A stretch of DNA of 64,000 bases. Origin: Squalus acanthias. Lineage: Eukaryota. Where the stretch lies: positions 99,822,001 through 99,886,000 of the forward strand of contig CM059432.1 in NCBI GenBank assembly GCA_030390025.1. Direction: 5' to 3'. The position numbers and the translations under genes were made by a program. A model generated the notes under the pieces. The model saw nothing but the letters and a program-made list of their open reading frames with translations, made no database searches and was not told where the DNA came from. Of the stretch, positions 1 to 12,649 are shown in pieces; position 1 is the stretch's first letter, and each line of letters starts with the position of its first letter.

Positions 1-205
1 CCACCGAGGTTAGGCTGACTTGTCTGCAATTACTCGGTTTACCCCTTTCTCCCTTTTTTAAACCATGATACAATGTTAGCAGTCCTCCAGTCCTCCGGCA
101 CCACACCTGTAGCCAGAGAAGATTGAAAAAATGATGGTCAGAGCCTCCGCTATTTCCTCCCTTGCTTCTCTTAACCTGGGATACATTTCTTCCAAGTCTG
201 CAGAT
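1..205 (-). mobile_element. CR1 LINE ORF2 (RT N-terminal) fragment
   Basis: The reverse strand reads as degraded REAREEIAEALTIIFQSSLATGVVPEDWRTANIV, the same region as the CR1 copies at 14304 and 25916. Confidence 0.8.
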
Positions 206-729
206 TTATCTGCTAATGAGTGAAAAGGTTAACTAGAAAGAGAAAATGTAGGGAAAATCCCCACATATCCTGCTATGCGTGGGCTCCAGCCTCGCCATCT
301 CCAATGCTCTCTCTGCAAATGTTGTTTCAGGGAAAAAAAGCAGAAGGAATATCTTATTGAAGAAAAGGCTAAATAAATTAAGGCAGAGTGAAATGTCGTT
401 ATCCTGTGCCTCCAGCCTGGTGCCACACTCCAAGACAGCATGGTTGGAGAATTAGCACAACAGTGTTGTAGCTCTATCTCTAATGCATGATCTCTCTAAT
501 CACAGCTCCCTCTGGGAGCCCTGGATCATTAAATTTACCCTCAATACAATGCCAGGTTTTAATCGTAAAATAAAAAATGGAATGCTTGTGCATGCAGGAA
601 CTCGTTATATTTTGCTTGCACAGCATTCAAAGGATCAATAAAGTCGGTGCAGCGCAATATTTTTAGCACATTCCCCGACACTACAATCATAAAGTTGGTA
701 AAGAGATTTTACGAATTAATAAAATATTT

Positions 730-1613
730 GGGTGGAAAAATTCAGTTGCTTTGCGCCTCCTGTCAGCGCCCTAATTGGGCGCTAATGGGGCGCAAAGCAA
801 CTAGCGCCCAGGCGCGGCGGTGTTTGCGCCGCTCGCAAAATTGACCAGACATTTTGCGGCGGCGCTAAACACTACCGCCACAATCTCCTGCAGATCATGA
901 CGTCAGTTGAGCGTGCAACGCCCGGTAGCGCCTCAGACCGGATATTGAATGGCGCCCCCTGCCTCACCGCCTGCCGCTAGCAACGACAGGTTGAGGGGAG
1001 TGTTTTGCAGTCGGGAAGGGATCGGGGGAGCGCTATTTAAAGGCGACTGCTTCCTGCCTTTTTTTGTCGGCGACATTTTTGCACCAGGCATTCTGAGAGA
1101 GAGAGAGTGCCTTCTGGAGAGATTCAACGCTGTAGGAAGGAGTTTTGGGTACTGAGCAGCACTTTGCAGGTTCATTTTGATTTGACCTTCCTTGCATCGA
1201 TTTAGAAGAAACCGTGGGGGCTGCACTCTGAGCTCTTTCCCTGGGTCTCTCCATTGTTCTTTCCAGCAGATTTGATGTACAGGTCTCTCCAGGCCGAGAT
1301 TCAAGGCTGCAATGAGCAGGATGTGGATGGAGAGCAAGATCGACCCTCCCCTTTAAGAACTGGCCGGCGCCAGTGTGTCTGTGTTCCATTGCTGACTGAC
1401 ATCACATGAGCTTCGCCAGCGCTCTGAGGTAGCGCCTTGCTCCTCGGTGTTAGCGCCTTAAGACAGTTGTGTAGCGCCTGATTTAGCGCTCCAATCACCT
1501 CCAGGGGCAATAGAAGCTAAGTTTGCAGTCAGAGGTGATAATTAGCGCCAGGCGCTAAACTTTGCGCCCGGGCGATAATTGCGCCCCAAATGGGGTGATA
1601 CCGAATTTCTCCC
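730..1613. mobile_element. Harbinger-type MITE (GCGCC-rich family)
   Basis: Ends are GGGTGGAAAAATTCAGT and ACCGAATTTCTCCC (imperfect TIR), with TTT on both flanks. Homologous to 4417-5400. Confidence 0.7.
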
Positions 1614-1651
1614 TTTTGCTTTCCATTTTCTAAGATATTTGCCAAGATATT

Positions 1652-3045
1652 GGGCCTGAATTTCCGATCGGAGGCTTTCTGCGGGCGGATGCCTCCAACC
1701 GGGAAAAAATGTACGCACTTACCTGCTGGCTCCATAGGTCCCGAGACTTCCGATCCTGGGCCTCTCCACTAAGAAATGCGCAAAGGCCCAGTTATCCCAG
1801 GGGCGCATGCGGTTCGCAAGCGTCCCTGAGATCACGTGGGCCATGGGGAACCAATTAAAGAAGGGTATTCCCCAGTGCGCACGGAACTGTCAAAAGTATG
1901 AATGGGGATCACTTATAAAACAGTTAAACATTAAATGAATTTTTTTTTAATCACATATTTAAAATCAGTTAAAATTACATTCAATTAAATATTTTAAACA
2001 AAAAGTTAATTTTTTGAAAAAAATTATTAAAGGGGGCTAAATTCGGTTGATTTGTGCCTCCTGTAAGCGCCCTAAGAGGGGCACTTACGGGACGCAAATT
2101 AACTAGTGCCTGGGTGTGGCGCTGTTAACGCATCCCGCGAAATTCAACAGGAGGTTAGCAGCGGCGCTAACTGCCATCGCCATGCGCAGCACCCCGCTCG
2201 CGCCCCAGCTGTAATATTGGGTGGCGCCCCCTGACTTACCACCGGACACTATGTCCGCCGGGGTCAGGGAGGCCTACCTGCGTCCGGGGCGGCGCTAGTT
2301 AAAGGGGAGGTAGCGGGCGGCCATTTTTGTTGCTGGCCGCCTACCAGCACCTGCCCCCGGTGCTGTCCCGGCCCCCGTGAAGCCCCCCTGCAAGGTGCCA
2401 GCTGCTCTCCATGATCCCGGCACTCCTCTTGAGTGCCGGACTCGTTTGCCGGCACTCCCGATCCCTGCAGGAGGAAGGCCTGCAGTACGGCGGCGCGACG
2501 TGCCGCAGCGCATGTAGCGCTGCGATATTGGCTCACAGCGCCCCAAGAGGGATGCAGGGTGCTTCCAGTAGCGCCCCTCTTCCCTCTTGGGGCGCAACGG
2601 GAAAATCGGCCGCGGGGGCGCTAACTTTTTTGGGGCGCTATAATTAGCGAAGGTAGCGCCCAATTTTTACCTCAAAGTTTTTTACGGGGCTAAAAATGAA
2701 CTTACCTTTCTAAAACATATTATTAAATTATAAATGAGTGAAAATGTTTATTTTTTTTATTATTTTGATCTCTTATCCTGCTAAAAGCAGGCCTTACACC
2801 TGCTTCTATCAGGTGTAAGATATTTAAAAGCTTTCAGAGGGCAGATGTTGTGCAGAAAGCGCAACTCTCTGCCCGCGGAGGCCCTTCTCCCGGGCATGCG
2901 TGCAATCTGTCAAGAGGATCCTTGACAGATCGCAAGTGCCAGGTTTCAGCGTATGCGCTTCGCATGCCTAAACCTGGCACTTGCACAGCCCCTATGGGTG
3001 TGTACACACCTCGTACACACCCACAGGGGTCGCAAAATACAGCCC
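1652..3045. mobile_element. Harbinger-type MITE (AT-rich-core family) carrying a nested MITE
   Basis: TIRs GGGCCTGAATTTCCGATC / GGTCGCAAAATACAGCCC with ATT TSD. Collinear with 18066-18817 apart from the 2032-2673 insert. Confidence 0.8.
2032..2673. mobile_element. Harbinger-type MITE nested in 1652-3045
   Basis: Absent from the paralog at 18066. Runs GGGGGCTAAATTCGG ... CCCAATTTTTACCTC with an AAA duplication. Confidence 0.75.
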
Positions 3046-3109
3046 ATTATTAATTGTAGTCATCAGTAAATTTTAAGTTATTAAGAAATTAACCAAAAGC
3101 AAGGATTTT

Positions 3110-3455
3110 ACATCCACTGATGAAGGCCAGTATTTATTGCCCATCCCTAATTGCCCTTGAGAAGGTGGTGGTGAGCCGCCTTCTTGAACTGCTGCAGTCC
3201 GTGTGGTGAAGGTACTTCCACAGTGCTGTTAGCGGTTTGTTACAACTGAGTTGCTTGCTAGGCCATTTCAGAGGGCAGTTAAGAGTCAACCACATTGCTG
3301 TGGGTCTGGAGTCACATACAGGCCAGACAAGGTAAGGGCGACAGATTTCCTTCCCTAAAGGACATTAGTGAACCAGATGGGTTTTTACGATAATTCAATA
3401 GTTTCATGGTTACCATTACTGACACTAGCTTTTTATTCCAGATTGATTTAATTAT
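3110..3455 (-). mobile_element. SINE with CR1-clade LINE-derived 3' tail (lacks tRNA head)
   Basis: Homologous to 40823-41235. The tail (cttctcaagggcaattagggatgggcaataaa on minus) matches the LINE 3' end at 62590-62645. Confidence 0.75.
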
Positions 3456-3915
3456 CTGAATAATATAATATTCATTCATTAGTAATGATAGAAAATTGCA
3501 CAGAGAGTTTAAGACACAATTTCCTGCTTTGTGTGATGAGAAATTTGATATACTTTACTTTTAATGACCGACATGACATATTTGACCCCTTAACAAAGCC
3601 TGATATTGCTTTGTACACTCCTTACAGAGATGTTGCATAAAAACAATTGGAATGATTGGATTTTTTTCAAAACGGTTAAAAGTAATGAAGGTTCATTATT
3701 GCTGACAGTGCATTACTTATGTGTCTTGTGGACCTTCAAGATGTTTGTCTAACTCATTATGCAAAGTAGGTAAAGTATAGTAGATTTTACAAATTTGAAC
3801 TCCCTGCATAAATCTCTGTGCTTGAATTTGTAAACTTTTACTTTGTGTCTTTGTTGCATTTATGCCTCAAAATGAGAAAGAGTAATTCAAGTCCTTGAAA
3901 TTTCATTGAGTCTTT

Positions 3916-4100
3916 GTCTAGATTTTCAACTTGCCGTCCAGATGTAAGATTAGCATTACGGATCAGCCGCCTGTTATAGAAACCAACCGATTTTCATTTC
4001 TATTGATTTCATTGGAAAGAAACATTGGGCAGTTTCTATAATGAGCAGCAGATTCACAATGTCAATTTTATACCCTGGTGGCAAGTTGAAAATCTACCAC
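3916..4100. mobile_element. Short palindromic MITE (Harbinger-type ends)
   Basis: TAGATTTTCAACTTGCC ... GGCAAGTTGAAAATCTA inverted ends, and the interior is also imperfectly palindromic. A related copy lies at ~53222-53353. Confidence 0.7.
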
Positions 4101-4416
4101 TTTGTTTCCTCAGGTAAGATGAGGAACACATATACAACACAACGGGGGTTGAAATTGGGCAAAATTGTGCAATGCTGATTTGACGCAAGCGCTGCCATTT
4201 TGGAGCTCCACGCCCCAGCTACGCCCTCTCTTAACGTCTCATAGCTGAACATGCGTTATGCAGCATGAAGGACCCACCTCCCCCCCCCCCCCCCCCACCC
4301 AGTGCTATTTAAAAGGATCATTAACTACTTCCAGGTTAGTTGCTGGTTGATAAATTCTGGCTGTTGCTACAATTCTACACATTTTTGGTGCTTTCCACAG
4401 TTGTTTCAAGTTTCAA

Positions 4417-5400
4417 GGCCGCAAAATTCGGTAGGTTAGCGCCTCCCGTTAGCGCCTGGCGGGGGCACTAACGGGGCCCTAAGGGGTTAGCGCTTGGCCT
4501 TGGCGAATCCAATGCCGCACACGACCTTCAGTGATAAAATAGTGCTGGCGCTAACTGTTAGCACCTAGGCCTCTAGCGCCTCTCACATGGAGACGTCAAT
4601 GCGTGTGCAACGCCCCGTTAACGGCCCCGATGCAAAATTGCGTTTCGCCCCCTGCTTTAGCGCCTCGCGCCGACAACGCCAGTAAGAGGAGGCGTTGTGC
4701 ACTCGGAAGTACACTGCAGTGACTAAAGGGTATGCTTCCGTGTCGCTTGAACATTGAGAAAAAAGCACTTTCAGTGATCGCACTTGCACTAGTCTGCTGC
4801 CTGTACAAAATTCTTTACACCTTTTCCTCAGACATCTCCAAATGCTGCACTTTCTGAAAGTGATGGGGGCTGCAATGGAAACTCACCCAGGTCGCGTTGA
4901 AAAACACCACTGATGACTATGAGGTTATATAGCGTGAATGACGGTTTCCTCCCACAGTCCAAAGATGTGCAGGTTAGGTTGATTTGGCTATGATAAATTG
5001 ACCCTTAGTGTTAGGGGGATTAAATACGTGGGGTTGCGGGGATAGGGTGGGATATGTGTCGGTGCAGGCTCGATGGGCCGAAATGACCTCTATCTGCATT
5101 GTGGGGATTCTGTGATTCTGTGTGACTCTTCCCTTTAAGAGGTGGAAGCAGCCTGTGTGATTAAAGAGTGCTGTTTGGACTGTGCATGACCTTCTTTATC
5201 ACTCTGCCAGTAGTGCCCCGCTCTCAGAGGTTAGCACCCTAAGTTAGGAGTGTAGCGCTTGATTTAGCGCTCCACTTCCCTCTTGGAGCACTAACAATGA
5301 ATTTCGCGGGAGTCGACAATGATTAGCACCTGGCGCTAATTCTTCAACTTTTATTAAAGTTTTAGCTCCCCAAACGGGGCGATACTGAATTTCTCCCCCC
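4417..5400. mobile_element. Harbinger-type MITE nested in copy A
   Basis: GGCCGCAAAATTCGGT ... ACTGAATTTCTCCCCC. It interrupts sequence that is contiguous in copy E (~59480). Confidence 0.75.
4941..5122 (+). mobile_element. HE1-like V-SINE, 5'-truncated
   Basis: Contains ggtttcctcccacagtccaaagatgtgcaggttagg (V-domain/HE1 core) and a CR1-type gatgggccgaa...gattctgtgattctg tail. Confidence 0.8.
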
Positions 5401-5484
5401 AAAAGTCTACAGGGAGTGGTTTGGCAGGTGCTGAACTATTTTTGCTGACTTCAAGGCTTCTGAACAAACCAGTTGCTCCCAGAC

Positions 5485-6630
5485 ATGGGTGCACTAGTAG
5501 GCCTTCCTCTTGGAATTGAGCATGACTGAGAGAATGAACGGAGGCCACACGGAGCAGGACAAGCTGCTAGAAGAGGGAGGAAGAGGAGGGGGAGAAGGGC
5601 TCTCAGCAGGAGGCCATATCTGCCCAGGGTGTTCAGGGAGCAATTCTACCTGAAGCTTAGCGATGACCAATGTTTGAGACATCTGCGCTTCACTAAGGAG
5701 GCCGTCACTGAAATCTGTCACATGGTGCAGCCACAACTCCAACCTCAGAGCGGGGCAGGGACCACACTGCCAGTGGCTGTGAAGGTGACCGTGGTGATCA
5801 ATTTTTATGTGTCTGGCTCCTTCTAGGCTGGTGCTGGAGATATTACCAAAACCTCGCAGTTTGCAGTGCACTGCTGCATAAGGGAGGTCACTGAGGCTCT
5901 CTATTCAAAGAGAGATAACATAATTTCATTCCTTCTTGCCAGAGAGAAACAGCCAGATTGAGCACAAGGGTTTTCAAGCTTTGCAGGCTTCCCCATGGTG
6001 CAGGGTTAACTGCACACACATTGCTTAGCGGGCACCACTTGCGAACTCTGCCATGTACTGGAACTGAAAGGGATTCCACTCCCTCAACCTGCAGCTGGTG
6101 TGTGACCATAGGCAGTGCATCATGCAAGTCAATGCCCGGTATCCTGGCAGCAGTCACGATGCGATCATTCTGCAGCAGTCCGCTGAGCCAGCTGTATTTC
6201 AACCACCACAGCAAACCAAAGGGTGAGTACTGGATGACAAGGGCTATCTGCTGACGACATGGCTCATGACTCCGGTTCGCAACCCACGCACACACATGCA
6301 CAGCATGTATACAATGAGAGCCATGCTACCACAAGAAATGTTACAGAGCAGACCATTGGCGCGCTGAAGCAATGATTCCGCTGCCTAGACCACTCTGGAG
6401 GAGCCGTGCAGTACTCAGCTGAGCGGGTCTCAAGATTTGTAATGTTATGTTGCATGCTGCACAACCTTGTCATCATGAGGGAACAGCCCTTGCCACCACC
6501 TATCAGGCGAGAAGCTGAGGAGGAGGAGCACGAGAAGGAAGAGGAGGAGGAGGAGGAGGAAGAGGTGGAAGAGGAAGAGAGGCTGCAACCTAGACAGCCC
6601 CTTTCTGCCCGAACTAATTCAAGTGCGATA
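5485..6630 (+). pseudogene. HARBI1-like DDE transposase of Harbinger A (stops and frameshifts)
   Basis: LRFTKEAVTEICH, LPVAVKVT, KGFHSLNLQLVCDH, PGSSHD, EQTIGALKQ.FRCLD, CCMLHNL and a poly-Glu tail. Confidence 0.9.
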
Positions 6631-7229
6631 CCAGTAGCCTCAAACCCAATTCCCCATTCACCAACAGTTCCACACTCCTTACCGTTCCCCGTGTCACTGT
6701 CCATCTCATCGTCCTCTTGGCCACAATGCAAAAATAAAAGCCAACACAAATACACATTCCAAACCAAATTTATAAATTAGAATACAAAATTAAATTAATC
6801 AGCTTTATGCATTGCTTTAATGCCTGTCTTCCGCGTGCCTTTGCCTGTCCAAGTGCACCTACAAAGTGCTACCTCAATAGCTGCTGCATGTCTGGTGGAA
6901 GGCTGTTGAATTTAAGTGGAGGAGACTGTAGATGGCCTTGGAGGGCGACCTTGAGCAGCTCTGGGCCTAGAAGCCCGGCTTCAGACTGCACCATCTTGGC
7001 CTGGGCAGCAGCAGTCTGGGCTGGCTGACAAGCAACAGCAAGGGCACAGGCAAAGTGGTAGGGGTGGGATTATGAATGCTGCCATCCTGAGAGGGGAAGC
7101 AGGTTCATGCTCCATGGAACCACTAGCCACTCTCCCGGGGTGGCACCTCAGCAATCCTAGTAATCTGCTGGAGGACAGATTCCAGGATTGCTGTGACACC
7201 CTGCAACCCCTTTGATCACTGGTATCCAC

Positions 7230-8141
7230 TTACACTAAACATCCGTAAGACAAAGGTCCTCGACCAACCTGCTCCCGCCACACAGTACTGCTCCCCGATT
7301 ATCAAAATCCATGACGAGGCCTTGGACAACGTGGACCACTTTCCATATCTCAGGAGCTTACTGTCAACAAGGGTAGACATCGATGACGAAGTTCAACACC
7401 ACCTTCAGTGTGCCAGTGCAGCCTTCGGTCGCCTGAGGAAGTGAGTGTTTGAAGACCAGGACCTCAACCCAGCAACAAGCTCATGGTCTACAGAGCAGTA
7501 GTGATACCCGCCCTCCTGTATGCTTAAAAGACATGGACCATGTACAGCAGGCACCTCAAAACACTGGAGAGGTACCACCAATGCTACCGCCGCAAGATTC
7601 TGCAAATCCATTGGCAGGATAGGTGCACCAACGTCAGTGTTCTCGCTAAGGCCAACATCCCCAGCGTCGAAGCTTTGACCACACTCGATCAGCTCCGATG
7701 GACGGGCCACATCGTCCGCATGCCCGATACGAGACTCCCAAAGCAAGCGCTCTACTCGGAACTCCGACCGGGCAAGAGAGCCCCAGGTGGGCAGAGGAAA
7801 CGCTTCAAGGACACCCTCAAAGCCTCCTTGAAAAAGTGCAACATCCCCACCGACACCTGGGAATCCCTGGCCCAAGATCACACAAAGTGGAGGAGAAGCT
7901 TCCGGGAAGGCGCCAAACATCTCAAGTCTCTTTGCCAGGAGCAAGCGGAAGCCAAGCGCAAACAGCGGAAGGAGCGCACGTCAACCCAAGCACCCCACCC
8001 ACCCACCTCTTTAACCACCGTCTGCCCCCACTTGTGACAGAGACTGTAAGTCCCTCATTGGACTCATCAGTCATCTGAGAACTCATTTTTAGTGTGGAAG
8101 CAAGTCATCCTCGGTTCCGAGGGACTGCCTCAGAAGAAGAA
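7230..8141 (+). mobile_element. RTE-clade LINE, 5'-truncated
   Basis: LNIRKTKV...FPYLRSLL...QLRWTGHIVRMPDTRLPKQALYSEL, (GAA)n tail, and a GGTATCCAC TSD at 7221-7229 and 8142-8150. Confidence 0.92.
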
Positions 8142-8411
8142 GGTATCCACAGCCATGATGGCAGCAATCAGAGCTTCCACTGCAGCACCCAGATATTTGG
8201 TGGAACCTGCTTGTGCTGCAATGGAAGCTGAGACATTGACCATCAGACGCTGCATCCTGGTTGGGTCCACAAGTATGTTGATGGAGTTGGCCACCAGTTC
8301 CATGCTGGAAAGGATGGGCTCCAAGCTCTGCACAAAGCCCTGTACCAAGTTGGTGCCAGACTCCTCCGTGCTGCTTGACATTGAAAACAGGCTTTCTGGC
8401 AGGGTTCCCAG

Positions 8412-8562
8412 AAATGTTCCTCCTAATTTTTTTAGGGCTGCGCTGCCCATTTAAACTTACATACATGCGTGTTTTTTTGCTTTGGGAAGCTGGCTCACCG
8501 GCTGCACGGGACCTCGAGAAAGCTGCACAGCTGCCTGGCTGCGCAGCTTAAAGGGCTCATTG
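8412..8562. mobile_element. hAT-type MITE
   Basis: TIR AAATGTTCCTCCTAA / TTAAAGGGCTCATTG with a degenerate 8-bp TSD GTTCCCAG/GTTTCCAA. Confidence 0.65.
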
Positions 8563-9618
8563 GTTTCCAATGCACCGAGAATTTTGGCTGTGTATACCCA
8601 TCAGCCTTTTCTGTAGCTTGGCCCATCGAAGTCCTCATCTGAGTCCTCTGCAGCAGAACTTGTGTGCCACCTTGCCCTCTGGCAAGCTGGTACCTGCGCT
8701 ATCCTTGCCCCTTCCCTGGATGTAGCGTACTTGTGCCTGGTGTCTCATCAGGTGCAGATCCTGCCTCTATGCTATCCTCTAAGATCGGTGCAGTGTCAGT
8801 ATCTGAGCTAGGTGGCTGCCAGTGTGAAATCAAGTGATGGTGTGTCTTCATCATCACTGTCTTCATGGTCTTCCTCCACTGCCTGGCCAGGTTCTTGGGT
8901 ATCTGAAAGGAAAAAGGGACAAGGGTAAAGTCGTGTTGAGGGGCGAGGGGAATGTAAGTAGTGCATGCTTAGACTATCAGCTTGTAAATCAGAAGAGATT
9001 GTGGGATGAGGGGGAAGTGGGATGTGAGAAGAATGATTAGGTATGAGGTTCCCCGTCATCTTCAATGGATTTAGCCCCGGCGCTGGCCACGGCCTCAGCA
9101 ATGGCCCTTCCCATAATGGCCAGCACTGTCTCCCCCATGGGGGTTAGAACATGCAGTATGCCTATCCCCCGCCGGTTAGCTCCTGCTGCCTCTGGTTGTG
9201 TGCCATCTTCTCCTGCAAGAGAGAGGGAAGTATGCCAGTGAGTGTTGTGCAATCTGTTTGGGTGCTGTAGCTGTCATGGTTGAATAGGTAGCGGTATTTG
9301 CAAGTGAGATGTGGCTGTGAGGCTTGCAACAGTGTTAAGTGTGTGAGGGTGAGGTGGAGCATATGAATGTTTGGTATGAATCCTGATTGCTAGAGATTGT
9401 TGGTAGGTGAGTGATGGGGTATGGTGATTAGAGCAGTGGCTGAGGCTAGTGATGCAATTGGTAGAATATGGCATTTGAAGATGCACTCATTGACCTTGAC
9501 CATTCGTGTGAGGTCATTGAACCTCTTACGGAACTGCATCCAGGTCCTTGGGGCTGCACTCCTGGCATTAACCTCCACGGCTATCTGCTCCCACTGCCTT
9601 CTTGGCGTATGTCTGGAG

Positions 9619-9789
9619 CTATGTTCACTGTAATTTTTTTTGGCCCTGCGCGACTCCATAAAGGGCTGCGTGGGCCATTCAAAATACGGTGCACGCACGT
9701 TTTTTACATTGAAATGTCGGCATGCCGGCTGCGCGGGTTCCCTGGGACAGTGTGTGGCCATGCGGCCACGCACATTACAGGGAACACTG
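9619..9789. mobile_element. hAT-type MITE inserted in Myb exon 1
   Basis: TIR CTATGTTCACTGTAA / TTACAGGGAACACTG with an 8-bp TSD GTCTGGAG/GTCTGGAA. Removing it rejoins the Myb motif. Confidence 0.8.
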
Positions 9790-10177
9790 GTCTGGAAGGC
9801 CTCCTGCCCCGCTGTGGATACAGCACAGCTCTGTTCCTTTCCACCTCCTCCACCAAGACCTCCAGTGCAGAGTCGGAAAGCCTTAGTGCACGCTCTCTCC
9901 CATGGTCAGCCATTTTTCTTTGTTGCACAGCACTATTCTGAATAATGTCAGCGCGTCCAGCAGCCACAATGCACCTTCCTTTTAAGAGGTACAGGCTAGC
10001 TTTAAGCAGTGTAGGCTACCTGGATTGATGCAGCATGAGAGAAATCAGCTTTTTTCTACACACTCATCATGTAGCAAAGTTTCAATGATTTCTCAGTGCT
10101 GAACGTCAAGAAATTTATCATATTCTGGATCTGAATTTAACAAGCACTGCCTAGTGTAGTGTAAATAGGGCAGTAGT

Positions 10178-11172
10178 GGCCTCAAAATTAGAGTGCAGAC
10201 CTTACCATCTCCATTATTTTCCTGCTGTGCCAGCCACCATCTTGTGTAGGATCCTGAGAAGCATGGCCCGAGGGCCCAGGAGCCTTATGACAGCATGCAA
10301 ATCGTGGTCCTATAATGTAGATAGGACTCCAATGCAATTTTCACGCAAAATAGTAGGCCTACCACTGAGTGCAGGACTCGCCCAGTAGAGTGTGCGATAC
10401 AGGCCGGGAACGGGGCATTTGGAGTGCTAATTAAACAGGAATTCACCTGAAAATCTTTGAATAAATGGATCCATGAGGATGCAAGGTTGTCTTGATTCAC
10501 AGTGCCAGGCTTTTGAGTGAAGACTTTTTCATTGCTAGCAACACTGCAGGAGGCTCAGTGACCCTCTGGAGAATGGGAGTGATTTTGGTATGACCCTTCA
10601 GGTTGGAGGAGGAGGAAGAAGTGCGGCAAAGATGCAGCAGCCGCACTGCAGAGACCACAGGCAACTGCAATGGAGCCACAGAGAATCCACCAAGGAGGGG
10701 AGCAGCACAAAGGTGTCCATACCCACCACATAGGGTATACAGACCCAGCATGGCATGCCTACAGTTCAATGAAACCAATCAGCTTCAGTAGGCTGTGCTT
10801 CAGCAGAGAGGCTATGGCTGCCCTGTGCCGCCTGCTACAGCAGTGCATCCGGAAACCTGGGTGTCCTTGCATGCACCATCTCTCACTGAATGTTCAACAG
10901 CAAGAACCACAGAAACTCGCCAAAAGAAAAAGACACCTCGCTTTAAGAGGCGCAACCTAGCTTTATATGGGCGCCGGGCCTACTGGGAACGTTGCCCCCT
11001 AATAAGCGAGCTGTCCATCAGCGCTGGAAATGTGATGACAGCTCATTAATGAGATTCAAATGAGGTGTAACCATCAAAATTGTTCAGGCTTCTCACTGAT
11101 TCCATTGAGCGGGTGGACTGCTTGCCCTGCCGACCAGATGGCCAAACATTGTCAGAAGTGAAAATCGACCCC
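10178..11172 (+). mobile_element. Internally deleted Harbinger derivative
   Basis: GGCCTCAAAATT ... AAAATCGACCCC ends. It retains the transposase N-terminus (PYPPHRVYRP...LCFSREAMAALCRLLQ). Confidence 0.6.
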
Positions 11173-11192
11173 ATTCTGTACGTACGAAAGTG

Positions 11193-11372
11193 TGGTTTGT
11201 GCTGTTTGTGGGAGCTTGCTGTGCGCAAATTGGCTGTGCGCAAATTGGCTGCCGTGTTTTCTACATTACAACAGTGACGACACTTCAAAAAGTACTTCAT
11301 TGGTTGTAAAGCACTTTGCGACGTCCGGTTGTCATGAAAGGCACTATAGAAATGCAAGTCTTTCTTTTTTTC
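11193..11372 (+). mobile_element. DeuSINE (SacSINE1-like) 3' fragment
   Basis: gctgtttgtgggagcttgctgtgcgcaaattggctg...aaaggcactatagaaatgcaagtcttt, with an L2-like tail and an internal 16-bp tandem duplication. Confidence 0.75.
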
Positions 11373-12649
11373 TGTTTAAACCTGGATTATTGGCACTGTT
11401 TGCAGCTGAGTTTATTAGAGGACAGAATCTCTTTCAAAGTATTGCTTAAATAATATAATTAGCCATGTGGGATTTAAATTGCTAACAAATATCCCTTCAG
11501 TAGCAACAACTTCAAGCCATATTGCCTGGGTCACTGGTGGGATTAGTAGCTAGTTATTTATTTATTTTGAGAATCTTTTATTTGGTCGCATTGTGAAATC
11601 AATGTTATTTGCCTTTGACTAAAAGTATCAATATTCCCATACTACAACAGTCATTGCCAACCAGTCTTTTGCTTAAGCTGATAATCCAACAGCACAGGAT
11701 GTTATCAACTAGAAATTTCCCCTTTTCATTATGATAATTGCATGCATTGATTATATATTAACATGGAGGAATTTCAGTCCTTAACTGCAATGCTTTTTCC
11801 TGCTTTGAGTACTGCTTCTAAAATTCCTCTCTGTGTGAAGTTGTGGTGAGGCCATTAATGGAGACTTCGCATTTAAGTATAGCTCAGCTTGGTACAGGAG
11901 TGATAATTGTCATTTAAAGGTACCTTGAGTACTATTCTGTACCTCGCACAACTGGCACACTTAACAGGCAAATTTAACACTGGCAGCACAGCAACAGCTA
12001 CAGATGGCTTTGTTTCAGTGTCAGGTTCTTTTGTTTTGGGGCATCATGGGGAATTACACAGGATCAGGAGAGAGGACAAGCCACAAGGAAGCAGGGCCTT
12101 AGAGGCAGGTTGAAGCTGAAAAAGACTGCATCTTGGAGTTTGGATGCCCAGGTCTCTAAAACAGCAGCGTAAGCATTCTGAATAAATGGTTCCACTCTGC
12201 TTTTCATCTGCATCTCTGAGGTCTCCAATGTAGATGTGTCTTGTGTAATGTGGACCATTGTAGTTCGTCCATGACTGCAATGGAGTCCTGCATGATCAAT
12301 TCCCCATGTTGCAGTGTGTTCCGTGGAAAGACGTTCTCATGTAGGCAATCTTATTCAGACAGTAATCCCTGTTTACAAGCAAGCCCTATGGGGTCTTAAT
12401 CCCAGTTGCTGCAGCACAGCAATAAGCATACAAAACTACTGCCCAGCCAGTGCCTGCCCTTGTGTATCCAACAACACTTGCTCTTCACCATTTATAAACT
12501 GTGACGCCGCTCTCAATTTTCAATTTTGTTTATGTCAATAGAAGCGAAAATCAACAGGTGGTCCGGCAGATATCGGGCATTTAACACTATCGTTCATAGT
12601 CAAAATGACCCCCAATGAGTCACAGTCTATAAGTAATGAAGAGCAAGTG

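Larger units (their letters stand above)
6820..9913 (-). pseudogene. Myb/SANT-like DNA-binding protein gene of Harbinger A (3 exons, interrupted)
   Basis: Exon 1 reads MADHGRERALRLSDSALEVLVEEV...WEQIAVEVNARSAAPRTWMQFRKRFNDL. Exon 2 (EKMAHNQRQQELTGGG) is at ~9215-9052 and exon 3 starts at ~8903. The 3' end is approximate. Confidence 0.85.
4144..10030. mobile_element. PIF/Harbinger transposon copy A (degenerate, multiply interrupted; right end approximate)
   Basis: GGGGGTTGAAATTGG left end. Convergent transposase (+) and Myb/SANT (-) genes. The 5' region is homologous to 59101-60004. Confidence 0.85.

Noticed and set aside
11900..12540. Possible exon(s) in a unique-looking stretch with several 64-78 aa ORFs
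   Set aside because: No recognisable motif and no convincing splice pair.
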